Positions 26,742-41,633 of a stretch of 64,000 nt of DNA are shown here, piece by piece. A program made the translations under genes and the position numbers. Under the pieces are notes generated by a model. The model had not been told where the DNA came from and searched no databases. It was given only the letters and a program-made list of their open reading frames with translations. Within the stretch, counting starts at the first letter, position 1; every line of letters begins with the position of its first letter. Source of the DNA: Chrysomallon squamiferum (Eukaryota; Animalia; Mollusca); the NCBI GenBank assembly GCA_012295275.1, contig CM022672.1:24118001-24182000 (forward strand). The letters are read 5' to 3'.

Positions 26742-28092
26742 CTTCTGTTTTCTGGTAATCAAACATTTGCACTGATTATTGAATACATCATCATAGCCGA
26801 GGTATGATTTATTAGTCTGATTATAATAAACACTAAAAACAGAATGCAAATTATAAAAAGTATGGGATATATGGTCTGTTGTACGTCTTGCTCTTGTATA
26901 TATACTATTATGACCATTATAAAGAATATAATACGTTAGAGTCATTCATTGAGAGTTTATTAGTAATATTAGTAATTTAGCATGCATAAACTCAGTTGCC
27001 TAACCTGTGTTTCACAGTCCCTTCTTTTTAACTATTTTCTTTCATATTTTTCAGCAATATATAACTTTCAAGTATTAGAAAATTAAAATGTGCACTCACC
27101 TCAAGCACTTGCGAAATAATAATGTTGAAATATTGCTGGTGTATTTTCCAGTCGTTATTTCAGCGAATTGGTAACAAATAGAAAATTACACTTATCATCA
27201 GTAACACAATCCTCCAATCAGATAATGCCGTTCAATTTATTGATTGAGAATAACTATGAATATCTTATTGTTGTAACTGCATATTAATGTAAAACTATAT
27301 GTTATGTGATGTAAATGTGTTATGCGATGGAAAGATATAATTAAGAAATGGATAACTTTGTATTCTGTAATAAAATAGAATATATCCGTTATTTTTTTTT
27401 TTAATTTTGATTCACTATTGAAATTATTAGAACTACTGTCATGTATCTTTTAATCACACTTTCTGAATTCTTTGAAAAAAAAAATTAGTTAACGGCTGTT
27501 GCATAAACCTTAAATTATTTTTTTTTAGGAAGAAAGTATATATATAATTTCCCAGCATGATTCAGTTGTATTCAGTATAATGGTGGTTTTTAATTTTCTT
27601 TCCATTGTTGAGTTATAAATTAATAAAATGATATTAACATCTGTTGTCTATAAACATTACGTATAAATGAAGAATAACATATTTTTTCTTTTAATGTTAA
27701 TTTACCACTGTAATACTCATTCAATTCAGTCTGATATTAAATTTTATTTTCTTCAGTATCCAGCAGTTTTTACAGCTATTAATCACACTGTGTAATGTTC
27801 GTCTTCCAATGTTTATTTGATAATGATAATAACTGAACTGATAATATAAGTGTTTGTTGAATAAGTAACAGCTACCTAGGGTTTAAATACATGCAAATTA
27901 AAATGACGATAACAAACTAAGCGGAATTACATTAAAAGTTCGCCTGTGAAAAACAAAATTAAAAACTTAGATTTGAACGTAAAAATTCATATTGTCTTAG
28001 AATATTTATTTATTTATTTATTTATTTATTTATTAAATTATTATTTTTGTTTCTGTGCAGTTAATTAATGTGTCCGATTTTGAAAGCTAAAT

Positions 28093-28136
<44 letters not shown>

Positions 28137-29413
28137 AAATTTGATTTTAAAGAACATTATAAATTATTGGTGAAAAAAAACAAATACTGTTGACTCTTTA
28201 CGGTCTACGGCTTTGTTGTTGTTGTTGTTGTTGTTTTTATGGCCAATGTCTTAAATAAAATTCTACAATGGTGTCATACCCACCATTCCTGGAATCCTGA
28301 ATCCGACCCTGCTAGAATCTTTATTTATTTCAGTGTTTGTCTCCATTAATATTACACTGATTTCTTCAATAATTTATAATTTTATTAATTCGAATTACAA
28401 TTAAGTCTAACAATTATCTTTTACAGAAAAGAAAGAACGTGTTTTATGTAAAGTTTTAAATATGTTTCTTCTGTCATTATTACCTTCATTGAAAACTAAT
28501 AATAGTTGGTGGTGAGCTTCGTAAAGCATTTTTTTAATTATGTCTCAAACCATTATTTGCTATGTAATGGTTAACGCTTTTATAACAAAATAGTTTGTTA
28601 TGTGAATTCTTAAGCATAGAGATCATACTTGGAATATTTCACTTTATAACTGGGAATGCCATGTTTTTATACTTTAGGCAAAGTGAACTGTAAGTATCTG
28701 GGATAAACCTTATATTAAAAGAATTTGACTTAGCCTTATTATAATTTTGTTATAATAATTACAGAGAGTTAGTAGTTTTATGTTAAAGGATCTGAATTTA
28801 ATTAAAGCTGGCTGTGTCAAAAAGATTTTGTTTGATATCCATTATGCTTAGGAGATGAGTCTTCACTTTATTTTCAGGACCTTTATTTTAATTATATATA
28901 CTCCACTGCAGGTGTTCTGTTAAACGAAAACAGTGTATGTATACATACTGAGTGTGCGTATGTATGTGTGTATGTATACTGATAGAAACGTCAGTATATT
29001 TCTTTATTTGAAATACGATCGATGTCTGAATAATGCTTTAATTAACACACCAAAATATAAAATAAGAATCCAAAATAATGTGCTGTGAATCTATTATGCA
29101 TGTATATAAGTATATATGTATCTATAATAAGTGTGTGTGCGTAGGGTGTGCATGCGTGCTTGCTTGTTTATTTTATGTATGCATGTTCCTGTCTACATAC
29201 ATATGTACATTTGTCTGTCTATGCATCTGTGTGTGTATATAAGCATATTTCATAAATGTACGTTTTGAAGTTCTCCAAAAATAAACAAAACTGGAAGACA
29301 AGAAATTCAGTCAAAACGACTTCATTCGTTTATAAAATTAAAAATAAAAAGAAACATATGATTTGAATATCTTTATTTATAATGTTTTTACTTTCAGCAA
29401 CAGATATATTTGT

Positions 29414-30460
29414 TTAAGATCTGTCACAACCAGTAGCTCCAGGAACCGTGTAACCGTACTGATCACAATCAAATCCAAACCTATCTGCCAGCATGCACGA
29501 GATTTTAGTGTCAGGTCGGATTCCAATACATCTGAAAAGAAAAAACACAAACATATGAAAAACTCAAAACTGAAAGGAATTTCTGTGAAGCATCCATTTC
29601 ATTTTTCAATTACATTTAGTTAATTTTGTCTTAAAGTTACATCCGGCCTTGCCTTTACGTTAATTGTATAAGATAATTGCACGCATATGCGTACTTATAT
29701 AAATGCATAAATACACACATATATATACGTACATATTTAGATACATCGTTTAAAATATTAAATCAGGTGTCAAATATTAATGAATGTATTACCTACAAAA
29801 GTCATCCTTTCCATCCTTATTTTCATCTGCCATATATGCAGAACCATTGTACCCGGGGTCCAACCATTCCAGACCTCCATTTGGTGGGTTGTAATTGTAC
29901 TGACTCTTACCCTGGGTTCCAGCCAGTGCGCACGATAACCATTTGTTTCCATTCTTTGTTTCTGGACCAACAAATCTAAATGAAAAACGCTATCGATAAA
30001 CCGTTAGTTTATGTTTTTATTTATTTATTTATTTATTTATTTATATGGTGTGTTTATTAATTATAAATCTATATTAAATGACAATATCAAATATATGTTT
30101 GTATGTTTGTATTTAACAACAAACACCGAGGCTAAGAAAGAGAGACATTTTTGTTTTTAAACTTTTTAAGGCGTGTTATATATATATATGTATTGTATGT
30201 GTGTGTTTATGTATGTCTCTATGTCTGTTTTAACGCTTTCAAAATGTATTTATACATCTGAGATGTCTCACCAAATCTATAAATTTATTTTCAGAAAAAC
30301 AGTAACACTACCTGCAGTAGTCGTTTTTCACGCCCTGTCCTTGAACATCCACCCAGCCCCAAAACATATTTCTGTATCCTAAATCCGTTATGTCTGTCCG
30401 TCTTGGTTTAACAGTAGCATTGGCAATGGCCACCAAACAAAGAATTACTATTTTTTGCAT
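29414..30460 (-). CDS. Secreted Cys-rich repeat protein B, 149 aa (exons 30460-30312, 29975-29793, 29531-29414)
   Basis: MQKIVILCLVAIANATVKPRRTDITDLGYRNMFWGWVDVQGQGVKNDYCR/FVGPETKNGNKWLSCALAGTQGKSQYNYNPPNGGLEWLDPGYNGSAYMADENKDGKDDFCR/CIGIRPDTKISCMLADRFGFDCDQYGYTVPGATGCDRS*. Same intron phases as gene A. Absent from the ORF track. Confidence 0.88.
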
Positions 30461-30578
30461 CCTTTTTGGTTGTATTGTCTACGAAATAAAATAATGTCAT
30501 TCGATTATTGTTTTAAAGTAATTATAATTATTGTGTAGCAAATATTAAAACTTCAAATCTGTGAAGATAATAATGATA

Positions 30579-30609
<31 letters not shown>

Positions 30610-30677
30610 TATTATATATTATTAATTTTGTTAAATAGCCAGTGTATAAAATTAGTTTATTTTGTTTGTAATTGAAA

Positions 30678-30748
<71 letters not shown>

Positions 30749-31710
30749 TATATCTACTAAAAACCAAAGGGAAAGCAATAAATAAAATTGACGTTATTTA
30801 AATATATTATTTACTGTTGAAATAAATAGCTTCTAAAATTTTATTTTGCTTTCTTTATTTGTTTTGTTTCTTTTTAAGACATTTATACATTCTGTTTAAT
30901 GACAGTACTTAGTATCTCAAGAAAAGAAATCTAATAATTAAAGGAGAAAAAAAAATCACGTTACCTCTGTCTTTATCTCCAGACAAATAACAGCCACAGA
31001 TTTGACAAAACTGGAATCTAAATACCGGTGTCACACTATACTTTAATTCAGCAGCCAATAACAACGCAGTACATTTTTTTTCTTCTAAATTTTGCTTGGT
31101 TGGTTGGCTTCTGTCAATGAAAGAAACAGTGAACCATGTTAGAAATATTGAAAACGCAGAACAAATTATTTATGTATGAAATTCATGAAATCTCAGCATT
31201 AATATTATATTTTTTTTTATCTTTTAGTAGATTTCTTTATTTGAAATATGGTCGATAATGCTTTAATTATCCCATGTAAAATAAGAATCCAAAATAATAT
31301 GCTGTGAATCTATTAAAGTGTATTGTATTTTTCTACGTTTCCACAGTGATATGAAATAAAGCAGTAGCAGTATAACAATGAATTACATACGTCTGGTGAT
31401 TATAAATTTGTGGGTGATGAACTTATTATTGTCATTATTACTTTATAAGAAGATAATAACATTGACAGTTGATATTGTTTGTGGTTTCGCAATTTGATAA
31501 TTTTCTGCTGTGAGAACGAATAATAAAATCTGAATAATCTCAAAAAATAAAGTATTTAAGGAAACACTGACATAAAAAAAGTTGGTTATCTCTTTCTGTA
31601 TTTTTCATATTTTCGTGAACTTATCTTGTCAAAAATATTTGAACAGTAGTCTACATGAAGCACTCTAAAAAGTAGGATGTTGAATAAATAAATCTTATTT
31701 CTTAATTATT

Positions 31711-31816
31711 AAAAATATTGCAATTGCTTTTGTCATTTCTATTGCTGACATGTGTGAATTTACGTATATACACACACGTCAGCAATAGAAATGACAAAAG
31801 TATTTGCAATATTTTT
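31711..31816. repeat. Near-perfect inverted repeat (46-bp arms, 14-nt loop)
   Basis: aaaaatattgcaattgcttttgtcatttctattgctgacatgtgtg (31711-31756) pairs with cacacacgtcagcaatagaaatgacaaaagtatttgcaatattttt (31771-31816), with about 3 substitutions. Confidence 0.9.
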
Positions 31817-32376
31817 ATATTCAATCTAAGATCGCGCACTAAAGAGAAATTATTATTAGTTCTAGATCCAACTAATATGATTATTTATGAAAGTACATCA
31901 GATTTACTTTTCAAATCATGGCTTTGTTTGGGGCTTTTAACAATTCATAATCATCAGAAAACGCCCTTGTAATATGTTATTCTTGCTTTATGAGTCTTAC
32001 ACACACACACACACACACTCACATTACAAATATTCTCCAAGATTTTTCAAGATATACAATGTCTGATACGTTTGCAAATTATATTCTGCATGTTTTTCAT
32101 CGTTTATATTTTATTTTTATTTATTTAGTTTTTAGTTTTTAGTTTTATATATATTTTTTTTTTCGCTCAGTAATAACCACCATTGTTATACTCCTATATA
32201 TATTCGATTACATACAATTGAAAACGACAGAAAGACAGTTCTGAATGTAATACTATACGATTAAACTAAGATTATATAGATAAACTATTTCCACGTTTCA
32301 GTCTGATGAAAGAAAACTGATCTCTTTTATACTTCTTTGCAGCGGGCCGTTCATTAAATTATATGATTGTATTTTT

Positions 32377-32464
<88 letters not shown>

Positions 32465-33851
32465 GATTAGTTATTAATTTTAAATTCATTTATAAATAAT
32501 TTAACCCGGAGGCGTAGGAATAACTGACAGAAAAACTCCCGACTGGGTAATATGTAAAGGTATTATGAAGCGTTATTTCAATAATAATAATTTAATAAAT
32601 CTTGCATGCTGTTAGCATTTATCGTAGGTCGACAAAATGTAAATGGAATAAAAAGGGAATAAAAAAAAGTAACTATTTTAAATAGTCCATTTAATTAATA
32701 CTATCTGGTAAGAGATCTCTCATTTTTTACACGCTCTGTATTAAAGGTGAGCATGTTGGTGCACTGAGCACATTTACTTGCAGATAAATTAAAGCACGTT
32801 TTCAATATCTCAAAATACTTTATTTACAACAACGCATTTTTAAAATACATTTTTCTACTAAATGTATGTTTGTATAGGTCTACGTGCATTAATAATCTGT
32901 AATAAACCTATATATAATAAATAAAAATACTTTTGAAAACTAGGATGGGTAAAAGTGAACAAGGTACCTATTAATAATACTAATCTAGATTCATTTTAAT
33001 TTAGAATGGTAATTAAAATTAAAACATGGGCATAATTAATAAAAAAATGTATAATCTGTGTTTAAATATGTATAAAACAGAATATTTACTAATAATTCCT
33101 TTAATTCGCTAATCAGTGTCATAGAGGACACCAAGAATATACATATTCATATGCACCAACCATTATACACAAATAAAGAACTGACAGGCATCTTAGAGAT
33201 AGGAATTTAAAAAATAATGATAATAAAAAAAAAAAAAATAATAAATTGATCAAAATTATTTCAAGATAAGAAGCAAAAATTTCAGCCACATTGTCATGAT
33301 TAATATACACACAAGCTTTTAATCAAATTTATGTCATCTTTATTACTCCTATTCTGATTTTTTCATCTTCATTTATCCTACACAGATTTTTATCTTAATT
33401 TATCCTAAACAGAATTTGTCATATTTATTTATTCTATATCGATTTATGCATTCTGATTTGCCCAAGGCAAACCTCTTGTGGTTTGCAGCTATCTTGAATA
33501 ATAGTTTACAATATCACAACACGTTTGTATTTTCATTAATATACAGGAAAATATGATTTCATGTTGCTTTATTTTTGGTAATTCACCGGAATTCTGCCTA
33601 AATATAAATCTGAAAAATTTAAAATAAATAAAATCTACATTTTTGTGTAAAAAGAAGTACTTTACATCACCAAAGGAACAAAAATCAAAAATCCTTTCGT
33701 AAATTTTTGCCCTCTTTATCTCACTGAACATCTCATCTAGCACTATCATTTATAATTTGTCACGCCATCTAACTGCTCACATGTGCAATAATTATTCTAA
33801 AATATAAAAGTCTATAAGTCTATTAAGTATTATACATACATACCTACATGC

Positions 33852-33888
<37 letters not shown>

Positions 33889-34691
33889 TTAAAACCACAG
33901 TTAAGTATTATTTTATAACAAAAACAAAAAAGAAACTAAGATTAAAACAAAAACACTCAGAAATGTTATCAGTTAGATGAAAACTGACGTATTATGTTTT
34001 ATACTGGTTATTCAGAAAACCTTTATACACATTAGAAAAATTCTTATCTAAAATATGCACAAATTGTATCCAAAATATGCATAGTTTGCAGTTTATTTAG
34101 TAGGAATTGTGTAAAAGCATATTAAAACCACAGTTAAGTATTATTTTATAACAAAAACAAAAAAGAAACTAAGATTAAAACAAAAACACTCAGAAATGTT
34201 ATCCAATTGTATTTTTTTTCAAATGTATAGTGATATTCATCTCCAATTGTGTTAGGATTACAAATATGACATTTTCTATTTTTTCTTCGAATATTAACTA
34301 TATTACTTCTAAGTTGATTTATCACTACTTTAATTAAATGACGTTAAGAATACAGACCATACTTGGAGGCAGCTTAAAATAACAATGAAGGATTACCAAC
34401 AGTATTAATTATTTACATATATCAGTCACAATTCAATTTTAGACACCAATGAATTTTGTCAAAATCTAATATTTTATAAAATAAAGGGTTTAAAAATTAA
34501 ACTATGTTATTAAAGTGTTATTACAGATTTCTTTTGAATGAATCTGATGATTCACACTATTGACAAACACACCTATATCTACGAGTAAAGTTGAAATGGT
34601 CAAGTTTTATTGAATAATTAAGTCAAAATATATTTTTTCATTTTCATCTAATTCATTCTGGAAGGACCAATTAGATTAGTTTTAGTAATTC

Positions 34692-37483
34692 AGTCAATGA
34701 CAATGACAGTGACTTTATTCTCATAAACTGTATGATTACAGAACAGAGAAAAATGGCATATACGATCATTACATTCAAATGTATAGTGATATTCATCTCC
34801 AATTGTGTTAGGATTACAAATATGACATTTTCTATTTTTTCTTCGAATATTAGACCATCGTCTAATTGTTAAATGATCGTCCAGTTTCAATAGGAAGTTT
34901 AGTATTCAAGGTTCTAAATTTACATAAAACAATATCATTCTTTTGAAACAGCAAAGTAAAATAGTTTTCTAATTTCAATTCGTTTTTAAAATTTTTATAA
35001 TTAATACACTTTGGAGACGTTTCAATTTGATTTTTCCATAATTTTTAATTTTCTGACTGACTTTCTTGTAGCTTTACAAGCTCCAATTAAACCAGGCCTT
35101 ATTATAAGTTTTATAGGCCTTGTTATTGTATTATATGTGGGTTTATTCCCAAATGTATTTTTAGCTGCAGTTATAAATATAGCATTTATATCAGAGACTA
35201 TAGTATTTATAAATTCAGAATCAACGTCCGCTGATTTGCAATTTTGTAATATTTTAGATATTTCATTTAACAAATGCTTCTGCTTTTTAAAATTATCGCA
35301 AAATTCTTGCTTTTTATCATTACACCATTTCCTTGGGACTTCCTTAGAGCTTGGTGAAAAAACAATTACAGTATTTTCAGGCTTTATTTGATACATAAAG
35401 GCCTGTAGACATCTGATAACAAAGAAGAAAATGACAATATAGAAAAGTGTTTTGTTAGGGACAAGAATTTAATATTTGCAATGCAGTAATCCACAACACT
35501 AGCGCCTTTACAAGTATATTCCCCACATATCTATCTTCACCTACTCTCCCATCCATAATAAACGTGATATTATATCTACAGAAATCAAGGAGAAAACGAA
35601 CATAGTTATTTTTCTATTTATCTTTTGATACTCGTTTAATATTTTTAATCTCTCAAGTTCAGATACATCATCAGGGATTAAATCACTATTTTCTTTTTCT
35701 TCAGTAATGCTATAATCATTATCATCAACTGTTCTACTGTTGAAGTCATCAATAACACAGATCGTGTTATACTTATTAACAAATGACAAATATTCATTTT
35801 CAAGCTGGTCAAAAGCATCAGATGATGAATAACAATAATTTTCTGCTGGAATATATACAATGCCAATTAAAATATTATCTTCTGTGTGTAAAACCCCGCC
35901 TTCTATGCCTAGCCACAAAACATATTTACACTGATTCGGTAATATTTATATGTTTAGTAGATAATGTTTTATATATACAACTATACTCCAGATGTATGAT
36001 GAGATAAAGAAACTGATTTTAGCATATACTTTATAGTCAAGAATATTAAAGTTATCAGTGTCATGTGTTTTTGATTCAACAAAACATGTTATAATCATAA
36101 TTAGTGACGATTTCAAGAAATATAGTCTCTCTGAGCTTACTTACCAAACCGCACACATTAATCTCTACTATTTTTAAAACATAACGGCTTACTTTTTTAT
36201 GATTTTTGTTTGGGGGTATTTTTACTAATTAGAGCGTTTATTGACATTTGCACAGCACTGTTTTCGCTTGGTAAGGCTTGCCCTCCTCCGTTTTGCTATT
36301 GCACTGACTGAATTGGCTTGTCTCGGTGAAGGTTTCGTTGTGTTGCTGTGATCTCTGTTGTCTTGTTCCTGTTGGCTGAGTTGTTATGTTTGTGTTACGT
36401 AAACAGCCTGCCCTCGATATACAGTTTATCACCATTTAAGATAGCTCTTTTCCCTTGCTTTTTGCTGATTTGTAATGTGGATATAGTCATTTTCTCCTAT
36501 CATTAATTTCTTCGGGAATTGTTCATGGCTTGTTTATTAGTGTTTTGGGCGCAGTTCTTCTCACTATTTCTCTGTTTTTATATAAAACGAATTTAGAAAC
36601 AATAAGCCTTATATATCCGTCGAACTTCCTTCCCTGTCGATGCACTCTGTGAAAGTCGATATTATTTTCTACTTTCATTTCATTTTTTATAAAACTTTTT
36701 CAATTCCTCTTCTGTGTCTTCCTCGTCTTTCTCTGGCATCCCAGCGAAGCGAATTTGTAGGTCATTGTGTTTTTCTCTTAAGCTTCCAAACTCAGATTTT
36801 AATTCACATAATTGTTGTTTCATACTGTTATTATAATTTCTCATTTCACGGGTAGAACTGTTCATATGTGACACAGATTTCAAATCTCCGAGATCTCTTT
36901 TATTCCTTTCAAACTGTTCGTTAATGTAATTCATACTCGTTTCCATATATTGTACTTTTTTCTTAATATCAATCATTTTACCACTGATATCTTGTGTAGC
37001 TATTTCCATACTATTTTTCATTCATCTACAATTTTTCCTGTTTATCACGCATTATATCTAACTTTCTAATCAAAGTATCTAATTTTATACTAACATCTTG
37101 ATTCTGCACAACTGGTGAAATCAAACCAGAATACTGACCATAGGGCTGTCCGTGTTGTCCATACTGTGACCGCTGAGACTGTTGGGTGGTGGAGTATTGT
37201 TGAATTGGTGTTGAGATGAACATCCAAGCTCGTTATTCTGTGTATTTGACATCCCCGTCATGGCGACGTCTTGACTAGCTTAGCTACTGCTTACCCTTAT
37301 TTTCTGTTCACTTTCTCCATTTTTATTTTTACTCTTAATTTTTTTTTTTTTTTACCTTTCTTCATTTTATCTTTAGAAATAATTTACATTGATAAAACAG
37401 ATAAAATACATTTAACAGTAATAAACATATATTTTCACAGAGAGATGAGAACACGACTTTCATTTCCAAGCACGCGCAAGACC
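34692..37483 (-). mobile_element. Decayed, internally deleted non-LTR retrotransposon (APE-type LINE, CR1/L2-group-like): ORF1, endonuclease and 3' end; RT core missing
   Basis: ORF1-like coiled coil plus IRFAGMPEKDEEDTEEELKKF (36680-37021). APE motifs LNVCGL, ILIGIVYIPAEN, VIDDFNSRT, TCKGASVVDYC. 3' RKCHICNPNTIGDEYHYTFEC and a short gtcatt-type tail at ~34693-34712. The homologous site near 50790 is empty. Confidence 0.85.
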
Positions 37484-38663
37484 CTTTCTTTATTTTATTA
37501 AAATAATATAATTACTTAAGTAAACTGAAATAATATTTTAAAATATCATGTGTGGGAATGCGTTTATAAGTATAAAGGTCATATTCCAAATAAAATGTTT
37601 TGTTCATGATCTTCAACATAACCATAAAAAAGTGAGTCAGTCAGATAGATAAGAAATTCCACATTAGAATCCTGTTTGTGAATGAAACAACTATAACACA
37701 GACATCATTATAACTCTTACAATGAATATGAATGTTTTTCTTTAACAGTTACTCAGGACTGAAATGTTAGTCTTGTGATGAATATCATTCCAAGTCAGAA
37801 TAAAAATTATGTTAAATAAATATATAAATCTAGAATTGTAGCACATTAGCAAAGAAAGCAGAAGCACTTACTATAAAGTTGTAAAATAGATTTTTTAACA
37901 ATAATATTCTTGTGAATTAAAACAGTCATCTGAATTTAATTACAAACATATTTTTACTTAAGTCTAAGCTATTTCCAACCTTATTTTGTAAGTAAAACTG
38001 ATGTAATTTTAATGAAATATACATAGAGAGTACAGTTTGTGGAGCTTGTGACATTGACACCCAATTTGGGTAATAATTTTCTTTAAAGAAGAATGAGCCA
38101 GAATATAAAAAAATAATATTTCTACCCGATTTAGAGTGCCAATTATTATTATTATTATTATTATTTTTTTTTTCTTTTTTTTTTTTTTTTTTTTCTAGAC
38201 AAGATAACTCATAACCATAGCTGCGCTGTTTTGATGTTTAATGGCAGAAAGAAATCTGAACAGCTGTATGAGAACTATTAGTGGTTCACCTAGTCACAGC
38301 AGAAGGACCTTAACAGTAAGTCTTTATTATTTATTATTATTTATTATTTTTCTTACTCTAGGCAAGATATATCTTAAAAATAGCTGTGCTGTTATACTAT
38401 TTATTGGCAGACTGAAATCTGAACAGCTGTATCAGAACTAATAGTGGATCACTTAGTCACTGGAGGATGATCTTAATAGTAAGACTATTTCCTGTAAAAC
38501 ATAGATAAATGTATATGTTCTTGGTCATTAAAGAGAACCTTCAAAAAGATGAACACCAAAATTTTCTAACGTACATTTGAACTGTGCAGTGATATTGAAT
38601 CTTAGATAGCAATTCATGATGTGAATTGTGATACTAAAACATGGTTCCCTGAATAAGTTCTAT

Positions 38664-41560
38664 TTATTTACTTCGATGATATTGAAATGTTTTATCCAAC
38701 CGTTGCTTAATCATGACAATTGCCAAACAAACAATTTCTGGATCATTGTTCACAAACAGTATTTTCCTCAAAAAGCTTGAATTTTCGTTTTCTGATATAA
38801 ACAACACAACAGCATCCAGAAAAGCTTCCACACAATATTCTACAGGAACGTCAAATATCCCTGAAAAATATAAATCCTAGCACAACAGTTAATATTTTAG
38901 AATAAAGATTATTTAATGACATTATCAATTTTTAAAGTCGTTTTCGTTGCATTTTAGCGTATAACTGATTTTTCTTTGGACTTTACCAAACAAATACTTT
39001 ATCTAAAAATAAAATGTATAGATGAAGTGAAAAAAAAAGATAAATAAATAAATAAATAAATAACACTATTATAATTATAAAAAAATAATAATATAACCAT
39101 TATTTTTTTTTTCCATTATTACGTTTCAAGTAACCAATATTTTAACTGACAAAATAAAGTTAATGATTATACACATACCTGTGCTGATAAAAGGAAATGC
39201 CATTGATTTGACCATCACATTTTCATTTCCATACTTGAGACAATTATAAAATGTTTTAGTCAGGGTCTGAATGCACTGTTCCCACCTTTCCTTTATGTAT
39301 ATGGGTCCAACTGTATGTAGGACACATTTTAAATGCTGTAACTTCCCATATGCTTTGGTGTGCATTACTTCAGTCACAGGAAGTTCTCCATATTTGTTTA
39401 TATATTCTGCACATTCTTTCTTTATTTCAGGCCCTGCAGCTTTCTCAACAGATATTGCAACTCCAGACCAATTCTGCAGTTCACTGTTAGCAGCATTAAC
39501 AATGCAGTCAACCTTGACTTTGACAATGTCATTACAAGAAACTTCAATTTCCAAACCATTATCGAATTTGTAATGAAATTCTGTTAAACCTGTTGAATTT
39601 TGTAATGATGTCGTATTTTCATTAACCTCAGAGTGTCTTAGAGATTTTCTAGTGTAACTGTCATCAACATATTGGCTATGTAGTCTTCTATCAACATAAT
39701 TTTTTTCACCAGTCTGTGCACTGCCACTGTTAGTGAGAAAACTGTTTTTCTGGTAGGTCAGTGAATCTGAGTTATCATTAAATTTTAAACTTGCAAAGTT
39801 TTCAAATGTCTGATCAGCATCTTCAGAACGAGATTTCCTTGTAGAAATGTTTCTGTTGCGTGTAGCCTGTGACAGATATGAACTTTCTCTGTATGACAAA
39901 CTGGAGTTGGCATCATGGAAGAACCTCTGGTTTCGAGATTGTGTGTCATGCCTGCTATTATAACTTTCACAGTCATCTAAAGAATCCTTATCTGAATATC
40001 CAGATTTGCCTAAAATTCTGTTAGAATATAAACATGCTACTTCATCACCATTTACATCTGATCTTAGGTTTTCACTACCCACGGCACCTAGAGCACTACT
40101 GTAGATGTGAGAATCCTGGGGAGAGTTTCTACTCATTTTCTTTGAAGAAGAGTAATTATTGCCACGACCTCTATCAAAATCTTTCTGTGTACTCTCAGTA
40201 TCGCTTACTGAACTCTGTCTTCCCTCTGCAATTTGATGAAACGAAGGACGTGGGGATTTCAATGATGTCAGGACACTTGAAATTTGATCGTGTCTTCTAG
40301 TTAAATAATTAATTTCTCCTGAACCCACACCATTAACCAATTCGACTCCCGATGCAGTGTTCAATTGTTTTACAAGATTTTCTTGTATATGACATTGATG
40401 ATCCAGGATCCCATTCAGATAGTTCCAAGCCCATTCCAATTCAAACCAGTTTCCTCTGAGTTCTATTCCGTTAGATTTTGTTGTAAATATTTTTATACCA
40501 TTTTGAAGAAGAACATCTCTATATTCATCTGTAGCCGAAACAAGAGAGGCAACTTCTTCTTCTAATAAAACAGATATTGTGCTATATATCTGAAAGTAAA
40601 TAAAAGAAAGATATCTTTGATTAAAACTGATAGTACAGTTAGTTGTAACTATTTATTTTAATAACTTGTATCTGAAATAAAAGCTATTTAATTAATTGTA
40701 AATAAGTTTTTTTCAAGGTAAATGACGCTGTTTACAAATTTTTGGAGCAAAATAAATATTAATGAAATAATCACTGATTAATGATCAATTTTAATTATAA
40801 TGCAACCGACTTTAACACAAAATAACAGCAAAGAAAAAACACTATTCATAATACAGTTAACAGGCTATCTTTAAAATCAAAAGAAACACAGTTTTATAAA
40901 TACCCAGTCTCTATAGTGAATACTTAATGAGCATACATATTTATGAAAACAATTCATCCACATTTTACTTATAAAAAAAATCACGTTAAATCAAATACAA
41001 GGTGTATACAAACAATTAGCAGAATTAAAGTACTGAGAAAGTCTAAAGTCATAAAAAAAAGAAATATAGTTTTTAAACATTACCTGATGAGACAAAGGTT
41101 TCACTTGAAACCTGACAGTCCCACTAGATATCTCTGATCTACTCAAGATCTTTGCTACTTCTGTAAAATGTAGGAGAAGTTTCTTCAAAATATATTAATT
41201 TGTTGTGTAAGGGAAGAAGACTGTTGTCGTAATTGGTATTAATTATTATTATTATTTATTTATTTATATTTTTAAAAATATCTTTAACTACAATGTTTTT
41301 GTGAAAAAGACATTTATGTTCATTGTTGTACAAAGGAGAACGTAATGAATGTTGTATAAATTTACAAACTGTAAAAACAAAACTTCTATTTATTTGTTTT
41401 TATACAAACCATATGAATCGTTTAAAATTATGACAGCATCATTATTTAACAATGGATAGTAGATCTTGTCAATTTTGTTGTCAGTGGCAGAATCAAACTC
41501 TGATTTCAGTAACTGCACACTCATCCTTGGTGGGATATTGAATACACGAACGCCTAACAT
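38664..41560 (-). CDS. Macrodomain-Deltex paralog, middle copy: open frame of ~611 aa through the macrodomain, RING-DTC lost (exons 41560-41410, 41160-41084, 40589-39179, 38860-38664). May be a pseudogene
   Basis: Exon lengths 151+77+1411+197 = 1836 nt, with no stop found until ...DKTFQYHRSK* read through the old donor. Macro motifs VDCIVNAANSEL, VLHTVGPIY, FPFISTGIFDVP. Only a DTC remnant survives at ~37750-37797. Confidence 0.6.
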
Positions 41561-41571
41561 TGTTCTGTAAA

Positions 41572-41633
<62 letters not shown>

